DNA of 64,000 bases from an uncultured Candidatus Saccharibacteria bacterium (GTDB lineage: Bacteria > Patescibacteriota > Minisyncoccia > Phycocordibacterales > PALSA-1337), in contig CAZBVQ010000001.1 of the NCBI GenBank assembly GCA_964495685.1, positions 233,521-297,520 on the forward strand, given 5' to 3'. Under the pieces are notes generated by a model. It had not been told where the DNA came from, made no database searches, and was given only the letters and a program-made list of their open reading frames with translations. The first letter of the stretch is position 1. Each line of letters opens with the position of its first letter. Positions 17,845 through 27,974 of the stretch are shown here, piece after piece. A program made the translations under genes and the position numbers.

Positions 17845-19185
17845 TTACTTGTCCTTACGTCCACTGTGCGGAGCTGAACGTTTTTCTGGTGTGCGCTCGA
17901 GCCGTTCGAGTGTCTTTTTGTTGGTGATAATCTTCCAAATAGTCTTTATATGTCGTGCAATATGGTGTCCGTAGAAATAGTGTATGACGCCGAGTATGAG
18001 TATGAGTAAGAGGAGCAGCACCAAGAGCACAACAGCATGGTCCTTGATGAATTTTGCTGGCAGGAATGGTAAACTCACGTCGATTGAGGCATCCTGCACG
18101 TTGCCTGCACGATCGAAGGCGCGGACAATCACCCGTGCATTCTGGATAGAATCGAAGGGTATTTGATAGGGACTATCGCTACGCACGAAAGCGGGCGACT
18201 CGGTAGCCGACTTCGCCTTGTCGATGGTACCGACTTCGTAGTGATCGATCCCTGAGAGGGCATCGGTCGTGAAGTAGGTGACCAGCGCGCGATTGATGAC
18301 GGCCGCGGTTATATAATTGATCGTTGGCTCAAATTGTGCCGGGGGAGCCGTATCGATTTTGACTTCATAATGTGTCGGGGCACTCCACATGCCATTCTTG
18401 AGTGCTTTGACGTGGAAATAGGAGATACCGTCTGGAATACTCTCGAATGATTGTGATGTGCCAGTCGTATCTGGTGTGTTATCGGGAACAGTATTCGGCT
18501 TGTCATCGAGTGTTGTGCTATATCCTGTGGTGCCGGTGTCCTGTGCCCAGGAGAATACAGGATTGTTGTTGTTGTACCAACGATCGTGGAATGGATGCGT
18601 CTCCGAAGAAACCACGACACTGCCTGGTGGTCGTGCTGATACGGTATAGCGCGGAGTGTTCGCTTCGAAATCAGCAGGTGAGCCACTACCATCTAAAAGT
18701 AAAACACGAGAGGTGTTCCGTATGCGCAGATCAGATCGACCAGTACCTTTGGCCTGGAAGGTGATGAGTGCTACAAGTCCGGAACTGGTCTTGATACCTT
18801 TGGGGATGCCGCCGATGAATGTGATGGTACCGGCAGTATTATCGTACGTCGGTGCTTCTATCCAGAGCCCAATGACCGATGAGCCACCAGAGGGTTTGAC
18901 GACACTCAGAACTGTCGGGTCGAATGAGATGTGAAGCTCGAGAGCGCCAATGGTACTACCTTTGGTGTCGAGATAAAGAGGTACATCGAATGTCGATCCT
19001 TGAGCGAATGTGCCTGAACTCGGCGAGAATGAGAGTTCTGTTTTCGGTATCAGATCGGCTGCGTTTACGTTGATGGTTTGCTGGGCTCCAACATGTGATG
19101 GTGTACCAATAAACACACTTGCCACCAACACCATGGCGGCGATACTGATGTGGCCGAGGATGCGGAGGGGCGGAGTGCGCTTCAT
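17845..19185 (-). CDS. Cohesin-domain surface protein with C-terminal TM anchor
   Basis: Signal peptide; LSFSPSSG..GSTFDVPLYLDT..ISFDP cohesin-like domain; Ig-like domains; start moved to MKRTPP (ATGA overlap with upstream gene). Confidence 0.8.
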   Translation of the reverse strand: MKRTPPLRILGHISIAAMVLVASVFIGTPSHVGAQQTINVNAADLIPKTELSFSPSSGTFAQGSTFDVPLYLDTKGSTIGALELHISFDPTVLSVVKPSGGSSVIGLWIEAPTYDNTAGTITFIGGIPKGIKTSSGLVALITFQAKGTGRSDLRIRNTSRVLLLDGSGSPADFEANTPRYTVSARPPGSVVVSSETHPFHDRWYNNNNPVFSWAQDTGTTGYSTTLDDKPNTVPDNTPDTTGTSQSFESIPDGISYFHVKALKNGMWSAPTHYEVKIDTAPPAQFEPTINYITAAVINRALVTYFTTDALSGIDHYEVGTIDKAKSATESPAFVRSDSPYQIPFDSIQNARVIVRAFDRAGNVQDASIDVSLPFLPAKFIKDHAVVLLVLLLLLILILGVIHYFYGHHIARHIKTIWKIITNKKTLERLERTPEKRSAPHSGRKDK

Positions 19186-19640
19186 GATTTCTGGTGATGC
19201 TTCTTCATCGGATGGACGTGTGCGGCGATACCGATGGCGGCGGCAATGATCACTACGTTCTTGATAATATACTGACCTTCGAGCGTCGGCGTCATGAATC
19301 CGGACCATGTCACAGAAGGCAGGAACATGAGGGGCATTAGTGTAGTCACCATATGTACGATGAGAAGAGGGATGACTATACGTTCGGCACCGCGAATGAG
19401 GAAGAGGATACCTATCAAGCACTCGAAAAGACCAAAGAGTACCATGAATGTCGTGAATGACATGTCGATGGGGAAGGTGGCGTTGAAGAGTTGTTCGACG
19501 AGAGGTGATGCGGGGGAAAGCCCGATGACCTTGAGGAAACCAAACCAGAAGAAGACAATGAAGAGGCCAATGCGAGCCACTGGCACGCTCAGACGACGGA
19601 AAGCATGGATGATTTCTATATCCAAGGTGCGAAACAGCAT
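19182..19640 (-). CDS. DoxX-like membrane protein
   Basis: RIGLFIVFFWFGFLK..SPA, TLEGQYIIKN. Confidence 0.85.
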   Translation of the reverse strand: MLFRTLDIEIIHAFRRLSVPVARIGLFIVFFWFGFLKVIGLSPASPLVEQLFNATFPIDMSFTTFMVLFGLFECLIGILFLIRGAERIVIPLLIVHMVTTLMPLMFLPSVTWSGFMTPTLEGQYIIKNVVIIAAAIGIAAHVHPMKKHHQKS

Positions 19641-19672
19641 AGATATAGTATACCACAGCGTTCCTGGTCCCA

Positions 19673-19714
19673 TCCCAGGCCCGGCCTAGAACTAGTTCTA
19701 GGCCGGGCCTGGGA
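19673..19714. repeat. REPIN-like doublet: two 19-bp palindromic units head to head around CTAG
   Basis: Perfect 42-bp palindrome tcccaggcccggcctagaa-ctag-ttctaggccgggcctggga. Confidence 0.85.
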
Positions 19715-19768
19715 AATTGCCAAGCATGAGGTAATACAGTAGACTGGTCATACGTATAAACCTCTCAT

Positions 19769-20497
19769 ATGAACTCAATTCTCATTGCTGTCGTGGCCTC
19801 TATTGCTGCCTTCGTGGGTGGTCTCATAGCGCTTCGATTCAAAGACAAACTTCACATTATTCTCGGCCTTTCGGCCGGTGCCGTGATCGGTGCAGCCCTG
19901 TTCGATCTTATCCCAGAAAGTATCGAGCTGGGGGGTGTTTCCCATAGTCCCGCAGAGATGCTGGTATACACAGCTGTCGGATTCTTGGCGTATTTGGTCC
20001 TTGATCGAGCATTTTCTTTTCACTCTCATGACCACAATCATCTCGATGAACATCATGAGGAATCGGCACACATTCGGGGTTCATTCGGTGCGGCAAGTTT
20101 CTGTCTCCATAGTCTCATCGATGGTATTGCCATTGGTCTCGCATTCCAGGCGTCATCGGCTATCGGCGCCGTCGTCGCTATTGCCGTTGTAGCCCACCGT
20201 TTCTCTGATGGTATCAATACGGTCGGCGTCATTCTCAAACATCGTGGTCAGAACAAGCAAGCATATATGTGGCTCATTCTCGTGGCATTGGCTCCGATAG
20301 TCGGCGCCCTAGTGACACTGTTCATAACAGTTTCAGACAGTGTGCTGGCCATCATTTTGGCTGTATTCGCCGGCTTCTTCCTGTATATTGGTGCGAGTGA
20401 CCTTATCCCTGAAGGCCACCATAGCCACTCCAAGGCACTTACCACATTCATGACCCTTGTAGGAGCGGCCATTCTCTACACTATCGTTCAGATCTAG
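19769..20497 (+). CDS. ZIP family metal transporter
   Basis: His-rich loop; HSLIDGIAIG; AHRFSDG; DLIPE. Confidence 0.92.
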   Translation: MNSILIAVVASIAAFVGGLIALRFKDKLHIILGLSAGAVIGAALFDLIPESIELGGVSHSPAEMLVYTAVGFLAYLVLDRAFSFHSHDHNHLDEHHEESAHIRGSFGAASFCLHSLIDGIAIGLAFQASSAIGAVVAIAVVAHRFSDGINTVGVILKHRGQNKQAYMWLILVALAPIVGALVTLFITVSDSVLAIILAVFAGFFLYIGASDLIPEGHHSHSKALTTFMTLVGAAILYTIVQI

Positions 20498-20526
20498 TAT
20501 GTTCGTTGTGGTACAATATACCCAAC

Positions 20527-21837
20527 ATGCTCAAGCCTCATATTGTGATACTTGGCTCGGGATTCGGTGGCACCTATGTCGCCAAACGACTTGCGCCTTA
20601 TGTGCGTAAAGGTGCGATAGATGTCACCATCGTCAACAAGACCAATTATTTTCTCTTCACACCACTTCTGCACGAAGTGGCTACCGGCTCATTGAGCCCT
20701 GTCAGTGTCGCTGAGCCGCTCCGTGAAATTTTTGCTGGTACTGGTATTCGTATTGCTCAAGGTTCAGTTGAATCCATCGATCGTGCCGCTCACAAAGTGA
20801 CACTCGGTGCCGGTGCATCATCATGTCCTATTTCCTATGATTATCTGGTCATCGCCACGGGTGCTGAGACCAACTACTACAACATTCCTGGTGCAGAAAA
20901 ATTCACGTACGCACTCAAAAATCTCGCAGATGCCACGCGGATCCGCACACAGATCATCGATTCGTTCGAGCGTGCCATCCTCATTCAAGACCGTGAAGAA
21001 CGTGCACGATTGCTCACGTTCGTGGTCGTCGGTGGCGGTGCGACAGGTGTCGAGACAGCTGCCGAACTCGCCGAATTCGTTAGGGCTATGGCGCGTCGGT
21101 ATTATTCGGGTGTAGGTAGCTGCGACCCTGCTGATTATCGTATATGTAGCCCTGAAGAACCCAAAGTCATCCTCATTCATACAGGTCCAGAACTTCTGCA
21201 AATGTTCAAACCGTCTTTGCGTCTAGCGGCCGAGGGACGTCTGGCTGACAGCGGAGTGGATGTGCGTCTCAATACCTCAGTGGTCGAAGTGACGGCTCAG
21301 GGTCTTAGACTTTCTGTGGGTATGCCGATCCCATCCAATACCATCATCTGGGCGGCCGGCGTCAAACCAATCATTCCACATTTCGAAGGCATCATGCCGG
21401 CGTTGCTCATGGGACGTCTGGCAGTCGATCATTATTTCCGCGTCAATGGCGATGAGCATATCTTCGCACTTGGTGATACGGCGGGGTACGTCGACGCAGA
21501 TTCTCTTGGCACTGATCCGACCAAGACCAAGACCTTGCCCATGCTGGCACAAGTGGCTGAAGCCCAAGCGACGACGGTGGCCAACAACATCATTGCGACG
21601 ATGCGGAGTAAGAAATTGGTTAATTTTCATTTCCATTCCAAGGGAAGTATGGTCTCGGTGGGACAGTGGTTCGCGCTCGGAGAAATCTTTTCTATGGCCA
21701 TTTCTGGCCGTCTGACGTGGTGGATCTGGCGTACAGTGTATCTGTTCAAGTTCGCTTCATGGAAGAAGCGCACGCGTATCGCATTCGAGTGGACACTGGA
21801 TATGTTCTATCCGAGAGATATAACGAAGTTGACGTAA
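20527..21837 (+). CDS. ndh: Type II NADH dehydrogenase
   Basis: GSGFGG, FTPLLHEVATG, GGGATGVE, ALGD, AQVA. Confidence 0.92.
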   Translation: MLKPHIVILGSGFGGTYVAKRLAPYVRKGAIDVTIVNKTNYFLFTPLLHEVATGSLSPVSVAEPLREIFAGTGIRIAQGSVESIDRAAHKVTLGAGASSCPISYDYLVIATGAETNYYNIPGAEKFTYALKNLADATRIRTQIIDSFERAILIQDREERARLLTFVVVGGGATGVETAAELAEFVRAMARRYYSGVGSCDPADYRICSPEEPKVILIHTGPELLQMFKPSLRLAAEGRLADSGVDVRLNTSVVEVTAQGLRLSVGMPIPSNTIIWAAGVKPIIPHFEGIMPALLMGRLAVDHYFRVNGDEHIFALGDTAGYVDADSLGTDPTKTKTLPMLAQVAEAQATTVANNIIATMRSKKLVNFHFHSKGSMVSVGQWFALGEIFSMAISGRLTWWIWRTVYLFKFASWKKRTRIAFEWTLDMFYPRDITKLT

Positions 21838-21844
21838 AAGTGCA

Positions 21845-21878
21845 AAAAAGCGCGGCTGTCCCAGAGGGCAGCCACGCA
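21845..21878 (-). terminator. Intrinsic terminator
   Basis: aaaaaagcgcggctgtc...ggcagccacgc. Confidence 0.55.
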
Positions 21879-21893
21879 TTACTCGAAGAGAGC

Positions 21894-22805
21894 TCACTTT
21901 TTCCAGAGGATCCGATTCAACGTAATACCAACCAAATAGAAGGACTCTTTTTCCTCCACTTGTGCCGATGCATAGAGCACGTTGCCATTGATGACATTGT
22001 GCTCCAGTTGGTGGGTGAATTTCACCGTCACCGAAGGTTTCCATCCGAGGTCATCAAAAGCGGTTGGATACATTCTGGTGCCCACTGAGAACTGTGTCCC
22101 CCATGTCATGGGGAAGAGTAGCTCTTCTTCTAGTCGAGGCTGGTCGAAGTTGAGCTGGGTGACCATGACTCGGACGCGCGTGGTCGAAATGACCAATGGT
22201 AGCCCGTTCTTCTTGCGCAAGAAGGCGATCGAATAGTATCCGTACGGGTTGCCGTTGAGCAGATTGAACCCATACTTCGTACTATCCTCGACCACGAAGG
22301 AGCCGACCCATTCATGCAGAGATGCTGCGTCTTCAGGATCGATCTGTGTCGGACGCATACGTCCCTCGACTGTGTTGAGTGTTCCTTCAACCAATTTGGC
22401 ACCAAATGTCAGTCCTGGATTCTCTGCGTGTTTGAAACGAGAGAAGTTGAACCAGTTGCCGAAGGCGTCTACGGCCGCGTCACTCACCGTGTCGCCGAAG
22501 AAGGATTCACCTTGTGATTCGGCTCGTTCTGGGCCACGTGCTTCATGGTTGAAGTACGCCTTGGTCCAGGCGAAGGAGCTCAGTGGTCCGAAACGTCGGT
22601 AGCTATTCTCTCGGCCATCTTTGGCCAGGTGGTATTCGAACCAGGTGCTCCACGATGAGGTGTGGTCGGGCCGTTCAGTCAAGACGCGCTGGATTTCCCT
22701 GAGTTCTGGCGTATCAGCCAGTGCGTTGGTGTCGGATGCTCCGACACTATGAATGGTGGCCTGTGTGAGCCACCATGTGAGTAGAATCATCCGTATAATC
22801 TTCAC
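21894..22805 (-). CDS. Secreted hypothetical protein with a beta-strand-rich C-terminus
   Basis: Signal peptide; GGAGG RBS before GTG; own promoter (22863-22890) and terminator. Confidence 0.7.
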   Translation of the reverse strand: MKIIRMILLTWWLTQATIHSVGASDTNALADTPELREIQRVLTERPDHTSSWSTWFEYHLAKDGRENSYRRFGPLSSFAWTKAYFNHEARGPERAESQGESFFGDTVSDAAVDAFGNWFNFSRFKHAENPGLTFGAKLVEGTLNTVEGRMRPTQIDPEDAASLHEWVGSFVVEDSTKYGFNLLNGNPYGYYSIAFLRKKNGLPLVISTTRVRVMVTQLNFDQPRLEEELLFPMTWGTQFSVGTRMYPTAFDDLGWKPSVTVKFTHQLEHNVINGNVLYASAQVEEKESFYLVGITLNRILWKK

Positions 22806-22991
22806 GAATTCCTCCGTGTCTAAAGGTTGGTATTATGCTTTGATTGTGCCAAAGCTGGACACATACTAGCTCGCCTAGGGGTTTGTGCAATCTTGACTGA
22901 GTGGGGTAGTGGTGTCATGAAAAAGTGTGATTTTGGCCATGGACAAAAAGTTCGTCGGACGCAGAGGCCCGGCGAACGGTGAGGGGGACGT

Positions 22992-23282
22992 TCAAGGTAA
23001 GGCGTGAACCGATGGCGAGTAGTCACTGTGTGCCCATTGGTCACCGATGTGTTTGATGTGCCCGGACCATGCGAGTGCATGTAGTACGATCCAGAGGCAC
23101 GGGTACTGAATATTGAATGTGCGTCGTCGGAAGTCTGCTCGGATTGTGTAGATTGACACAGTACCATTCCGTGGTAGTGCCTCGAATATGGTCTGGCGTA
23201 CGAGGTCGCTATGGTAACGGTAGATGATACGGCCGATCAGCAAGACAAGCAGGAATGTCAGGATCAGGATGTATGTGAGCAT
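22992..23282 (-). CDS. Small membrane-anchored hypothetical protein
   Basis: MLTYILIL start, N-terminal TM; terminator at 22945-22977. Confidence 0.55.
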   Translation of the reverse strand: MLTYILILTFLLVLLIGRIIYRYHSDLVRQTIFEALPRNGTVSIYTIRADFRRRTFNIQYPCLWIVLHALAWSGHIKHIGDQWAHSDYSPSVHALP

Positions 23283-23406
23283 AGGAAACCTTTCACGGTA
23301 TATTGTACCAATGAGAGAGATGTTTGGTAGAGGCTGCTGTGTATAACAAAATGCCGAACCGTGCTTGCGCAACGGTCCGGGTGGAAAAGGGACGAGGGAA
23401 TAAAGA

Positions 23407-23742
23407 TCAATTGGTTGCACCCATCAATTGTGCGCGGCGATGTACGAGACGAAATTGTGCGCGACGGATTTCGTTCATAGGCTTGCGCACCGGCTTGCGG
23501 CGCATGCTGGCAGTATCGCTGACCCGGGTCATGTTGCGGACGGCGGCGTCTGCCGCGATCTCAAGCAAACATTTCTCAGTCATGGTCTGTTCTTCGGGTG
23601 GCTTCCGGTTTTTCCAGGGGCCAGGACCGTCCATGAATTGTCTGACGATCCACTCACCGGGTGTGGTGCTCTTTCGTACGAGGTAAATGCTCACCTTTCG
23701 GTTTCTTACTGTGTCCCCAGGTTTGAAGGATGATTCTGCCAT
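23407..23742 (-). CDS. Basic hypothetical protein
   Basis: MAESSFKPGDTV start; TTGACA-17-TAATAT promoter at 23792-23820. Confidence 0.6.
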   Translation of the reverse strand: MAESSFKPGDTVRNRKVSIYLVRKSTTPGEWIVRQFMDGPGPWKNRKPPEEQTMTEKCLLEIAADAAVRNMTRVSDTASMRRKPVRKPMNEIRRAQFRLVHRRAQLMGATN

Positions 23743-23879
23743 AATGTTCAGTATGGAAGTATGGTTGAATTGTTGAAACTGTTCGTGGATTATATTAAAA
23801 CACATAGCTATTCATGTCAACTGCTCATTGGGGAGATATTTCCCATTTCAGCAAAAATAAGGTACTCTGAATCTTCGCT

Positions 23880-25415
23880 ATGGCCAAGAAATCCGTACAA
23901 TCTACCTCGCCATCCAAGGCGTTCGCTGGAGATACCGTCATCCGTTTCGATGAGGTCTCTTTCGAATGGGGACACAACAAGCCTATTCTCGATGAGGTTT
24001 CTTTCAATGTCCGTCGTGGCACCAAGGTTACTATCATGGGTCAGAATGGGGCAGGCAAGACGACGCTTTTCGGACTCATTCTAGGAGATTACAAGCCAGA
24101 ATCTGGTGAGATCCATATTACTCATGGAGCGACAGTCGCAACGGCTCGCCAGGTCATCCCTCGCGATCAGCTCGAGCTCACCGTACGTGAATTTTTTGCC
24201 ACCTGTTTCGCAGAGAAAGTCTATGATCTCGATCCGCGTATTGATGCGGTTCTCGAGGTGGTCAATTTGAGTACGCCAAAAGTAGGAACAAAAGGGGTTA
24301 CCGATACCAAGGATCGCATTGTCAAAACATTTTCTGGAGGTCAGCAGGCACGTCTCCTCCTGGCATCAGCACTTATTCAAGACCCTGATATTTTGCTCCT
24401 CGACGAGCCGACGAATAATTTGGACAAAGCGGGCATCGAACACCTCACACAGTTCCTGATTGATTACAAGAAGACCTGTCTAGTCATTTCTCACGATGCT
24501 GACTTTCTGAACGCCTTCACTCATGGCGTCTTGTATTTAGACGTTCATACCAAGAAGATTGAGCAATATGTCGGTGACTATCATGATGTGGTCGAACAGA
24601 TCTCAGCGCGTATCGAAAAAGAAAACATGGACAATGCGCGTCGTGAAAAAGAGATCGCAGAAAAGAAATATCAGGCCGGACTCTTCGCACAGAAGGGAGG
24701 TCAGATGCGTCTGGTGGCCAAGCGTATGCGTGAGAAGGCGGAAGAGCTCGAAGAGGAAATTGTTGAAGTGCGCAAAGAAGATCGCACGATCAAGCCGTTC
24801 ACCATCCCAGCGCAACCAGAACTCATCGGTGACATCGTGAATATTTCGTCATATTCGATCTTGAATCCAAAAACGCACAAGCCGGTCAAGCGTACATGCA
24901 GTGTCCGTCTGCGTCGCAAAAATCATCTTTTGTTGGCTGGTCCCAATGGGATCGGCAAGAGTACGCTTCTCGAGAGGATCGTCAATGGTGTCGAAGGCAT
25001 CACCATCCTCCCTGGTACTCGTGTCGGTTATTATCGTCAAGATTTCTCTATGATGGATTTCAACGACACGGTCTATCAATCACTCGAAAAAATTATCCGC
25101 GCTGTCGAAGGTCGTTTGGTAGAGACCGAAGTGCGGGCCGTCGCTGCATCATTTCTTATTGGTGCCGATGCTATCCATACCAAGATCGGTTCACTGTCAG
25201 AAGGGCAGAAAGGTCTGGTGGCTTTTGCACGTCTCGTCCTCCAGCGTCCCGGACTTCTCATTCTCGATGAGCCGACAAACCATATCAATTTCCGCCATAT
25301 TCCGGTGATTGCCAAGGCGCTCGATGAATACGAAGGTGCCATGATCCTGGTGTCGCACGTCCCAGAATTCGTGAAGCAGATCAGGATCGATGAGGTGCTG
25401 GATTTGGGGAAATAA
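23880..25415 (+). CDS. ABC-F family ATPase
   Basis: Two ABC domains (GQNGAGKT, GPNGIGKS; LLDEPTN twice), no TM segments. Confidence 0.93.
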   Translation: MAKKSVQSTSPSKAFAGDTVIRFDEVSFEWGHNKPILDEVSFNVRRGTKVTIMGQNGAGKTTLFGLILGDYKPESGEIHITHGATVATARQVIPRDQLELTVREFFATCFAEKVYDLDPRIDAVLEVVNLSTPKVGTKGVTDTKDRIVKTFSGGQQARLLLASALIQDPDILLLDEPTNNLDKAGIEHLTQFLIDYKKTCLVISHDADFLNAFTHGVLYLDVHTKKIEQYVGDYHDVVEQISARIEKENMDNARREKEIAEKKYQAGLFAQKGGQMRLVAKRMREKAEELEEEIVEVRKEDRTIKPFTIPAQPELIGDIVNISSYSILNPKTHKPVKRTCSVRLRRKNHLLLAGPNGIGKSTLLERIVNGVEGITILPGTRVGYYRQDFSMMDFNDTVYQSLEKIIRAVEGRLVETEVRAVAASFLIGADAIHTKIGSLSEGQKGLVAFARLVLQRPGLLILDEPTNHINFRHIPVIAKALDEYEGAMILVSHVPEFVKQIRIDEVLDLGK

Positions 25416-25504
25416 TAGAGGGAAAGAGTAAGGAAGACGTTTGTCCCCACGAAATCCGCACTTTTTCAATCGAGCACCCTATCCTTTCTGCTATACTCAC
25501 ATTC

Positions 25505-27361
25505 ATGACCCAATCTCAGGCACTCGATATTCTCAAGATGGGGAGGAATGTCTTCATTACTGGACCAGCTGGTTCGGGCAAGACATACGTCATCAACCAA
25601 TACATCAAGTATCTCAAAGGTCATGATGTCTCTTTGGGCATCACCGCCTCGACTGGTATTGCAGCCACGCACATGGGTGGCGTGACGATACATTCATGGT
25701 CAGGTATGGGCATCAAGAATGACCTCTCCGATCATGAGCTCGCCAAGCTCGCGGATGACCCCAAGGTAGCTCGTCGTATCAAGGAGGCCGCCACACTCAT
25801 CATCGACGAGGTGTCCATGTTGCACCATTTCCGTCTCGACGTACTCAACGATATTACTCAGCACATTCGCAAGAATGAGGAGCCATTCGGAGGATTGCAG
25901 ATCGTCTTGTGTGGAGATTTCTTCCAGCTGCCGCCAGTGTCCAAATTCGGCGAACCAGATACGCACTTCATTTATCGCTCCGAAGCGTGGCGTGACGGCA
26001 AGTTTACCGTCTGTTATTTGCACGAAAATTTCCGCCAAGGCAACGACCCCATTCTTGCCATCTTGAATGAAATACGGAGCGGGGAAGTCTCAGATGATTC
26101 GCGGGAGAGACTTGCAAGCAGGCACAAGAATGTCATACGAAATGAAATTTCCGAACCCCCTTCGGAGGCGACGCGAAATAAGACTCATAATCAATCGTTG
26201 GGTGAAGAAATTTCCATTTCGTACGATATTATTGATACTGTCGAACCCACTAAGCTCTACACTCACAATACTGACGTCGACACTATCAATGATCAAGAAA
26301 TCAGGAAAATTGATGGCGTAGAGGTCACCTATGAGATGACGATGCGAGGCAAGAAACCACTCATCGAGGCGTTGAAAAAGTCATGCTTGGCGCCCGAGAA
26401 GCTACGCCTCAAGAAAGGTGCGCGCGTGATGTGTGTCAAAAATAATTTCGACAAGGGCTATGTTAACGGAACACTTGGTGTCGTCGTCTCTTGTGGTCAT
26501 GATGTCGATCCCGTCATCCGCACCGCCAGTACACCCGAATATCCCGATGGACGTCTCGTTACTATTGAGCTTGCTGATTGGTCTATCGATGATGATGGCA
26601 AAGTACTCGCCGAAATCACTCAATATCCCTTGCGTCTGGCGTGGGCTATCACCGTCCACAAGAGTCAGGGTATGTCACTCGATGCGGTCGAGGTCGATCT
26701 GCGCAGGGCATTCGAGCCAGGAATGGGGTACGTAGCTCTGTCACGTGTACGTACCTTGGCAGGGCTTTCTATCGTTGGCATGAATGAGGGTGCGCTCCAG
26801 GTGCACCCAGAGGTGCTCGAATATGATCGTCATCTCCGTGAGTTGTCGACCAAGGCCGAACGAGTCATGGAAGCTACCGACCAATCTGAGATCGTCAGAG
26901 TCCAGGAAGAATTCCTGGCCAAGGTTGCGCCACTTCATGGCATACGTCGCAAAGCGAAAAAACAAAAAACAAAAAAACTGAATACGTTCGAACAGACGGC
27001 GATGCTCGTGAAGAATCAGCTGTCACTTGCTGATATGGCCAAGGAGCGGGGAATGGTGGCGGAGACGATCATCAGTCATCTGGAAGAGTTGGTGCAACGC
27101 GGTCCCGAAGGTGGTGGTATCGCACTGTCAGACATCGCCTATCTCAAGAAAGAAGTCTCACCGATTCATTTCCTGAAAATAGAAAAAGTTCTAGAGACTA
27201 TATCGGTCGCAGATGAGGAGCGTCGTGAGCGATCTGGTGAGGAGTACAAGCCGCCCCTGCTTTCGCCGGTCAAGCGATTGGTCGGGGCAAATATCTCGTT
27301 CAAGGAAATACGGCTGGTGAGGTTGTTCTTGGGGTATGTGAAGGGGGAGGTGAGTGAATAG
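25505..27361 (+). CDS. PIF1/RecD-like SF1B helicase with C-terminal HTH
   Basis: GPAGSGKT, IIDEVSM, GDFFQLPPV, YPLRLAWAITVHKSQG, YVALSR. Confidence 0.93.
   Translation: MTQSQALDILKMGRNVFITGPAGSGKTYVINQYIKYLKGHDVSLGITASTGIAATHMGGVTIHSWSGMGIKNDLSDHELAKLADDPKVARRIKEAATLIIDEVSMLHHFRLDVLNDITQHIRKNEEPFGGLQIVLCGDFFQLPPVSKFGEPDTHFIYRSEAWRDGKFTVCYLHENFRQGNDPILAILNEIRSGEVSDDSRERLASRHKNVIRNEISEPPSEATRNKTHNQSLGEEISISYDIIDTVEPTKLYTHNTDVDTINDQEIRKIDGVEVTYEMTMRGKKPLIEALKKSCLAPEKLRLKKGARVMCVKNNFDKGYVNGTLGVVVSCGHDVDPVIRTASTPEYPDGRLVTIELADWSIDDDGKVLAEITQYPLRLAWAITVHKSQGMSLDAVEVDLRRAFEPGMGYVALSRVRTLAGLSIVGMNEGALQVHPEVLEYDRHLRELSTKAERVMEATDQSEIVRVQEEFLAKVAPLHGIRRKAKKQKTKKLNTFEQTAMLVKNQLSLADMAKERGMVAETIISHLEELVQRGPEGGGIALSDIAYLKKEVSPIHFLKIEKVLETISVADEERRERSGEEYKPPLLSPVKRLVGANISFKEIRLVRLFLGYVKGEVSE
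26129..26230. repeat. In-frame inverted-repeat element inside the helicase gene
   Basis: tacgaaatg-aaatttc (26136-26151) / gaaatttccatttcgta (26207-26223), internal hairpin 26150-26166. Confidence 0.6.
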
Positions 27362-27371
27362 GTTGATAGTG

Positions 27372-27911
27372 ATGGAATATATTTTCACACGAAGCGCACG
27401 CGCACGGTGCATACGAATCACGGTCTATCAGACTGGTAGGGTCAAAGTGACTGCGCCGAGACTGGTTCCTGAATTTGTGGTTCGGCGTTTTGTCGCGAGT
27501 AAGGAGGAATGGATTTCAAAAAAAGTTGTCGAATTCAAGTCACGACTGATTGCCCCAAAAAGAATTCAATGGGGTACAGGCAAGCGGTCCGAATATACTG
27601 CGCATAAGAAAGAAGCGTACGAATTGGCTGTCCGGAAAGTTCGTCACGTTGCGGAAAAATATGGAGTAACATACGGCACTGTTACTATCAGAAACCAAAA
27701 GACTCGTTGGGGAAGTTGTACGAAAGAGGGTAACCTAAGCTTCAGTTATCGAATCGTATTTTTGCCTCCGGAATTACAGGATTATCTCGTGGTACATGAA
27801 ATCTGTCACATCAGGGAGCTCAATCATTCCAAAGCGTTTTGGGATCTGGTCAAAAAAGAAGTGCCGGATTATGTACATGTGAGAAAGAGACTGAGGGGAA
27901 TCGAGTCGTAA
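27372..27911 (+). CDS. YgjP/DUF45 (M48-like) metal-dependent hydrolase
   Basis: QKTRWGSC, YLVVHEICH..NHSKAFW. Confidence 0.9.
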   Translation: MEYIFTRSARARCIRITVYQTGRVKVTAPRLVPEFVVRRFVASKEEWISKKVVEFKSRLIAPKRIQWGTGKRSEYTAHKKEAYELAVRKVRHVAEKYGVTYGTVTIRNQKTRWGSCTKEGNLSFSYRIVFLPPELQDYLVVHEICHIRELNHSKAFWDLVKKEVPDYVHVRKRLRGIES

Positions 27912-27974
27912 GGGTCTTTATAAAAAATCGCCAACCCTGTCAGGAGGCCGGCGAAATTGTTGGGGGCGGGTGGG

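Noticed and set aside
19186-19656. N-terminal extension of the 603-aa ORF 17845..19656
   Set aside because: It overlaps the DoxX gene in another frame; the signal peptide begins at 19185 with an ATGA overlap.
21100-21160. Cys-containing insertion in NDH-2 as another palindromic element
   Set aside because: Only a weak bulged 8-bp hairpin, within chance expectation.
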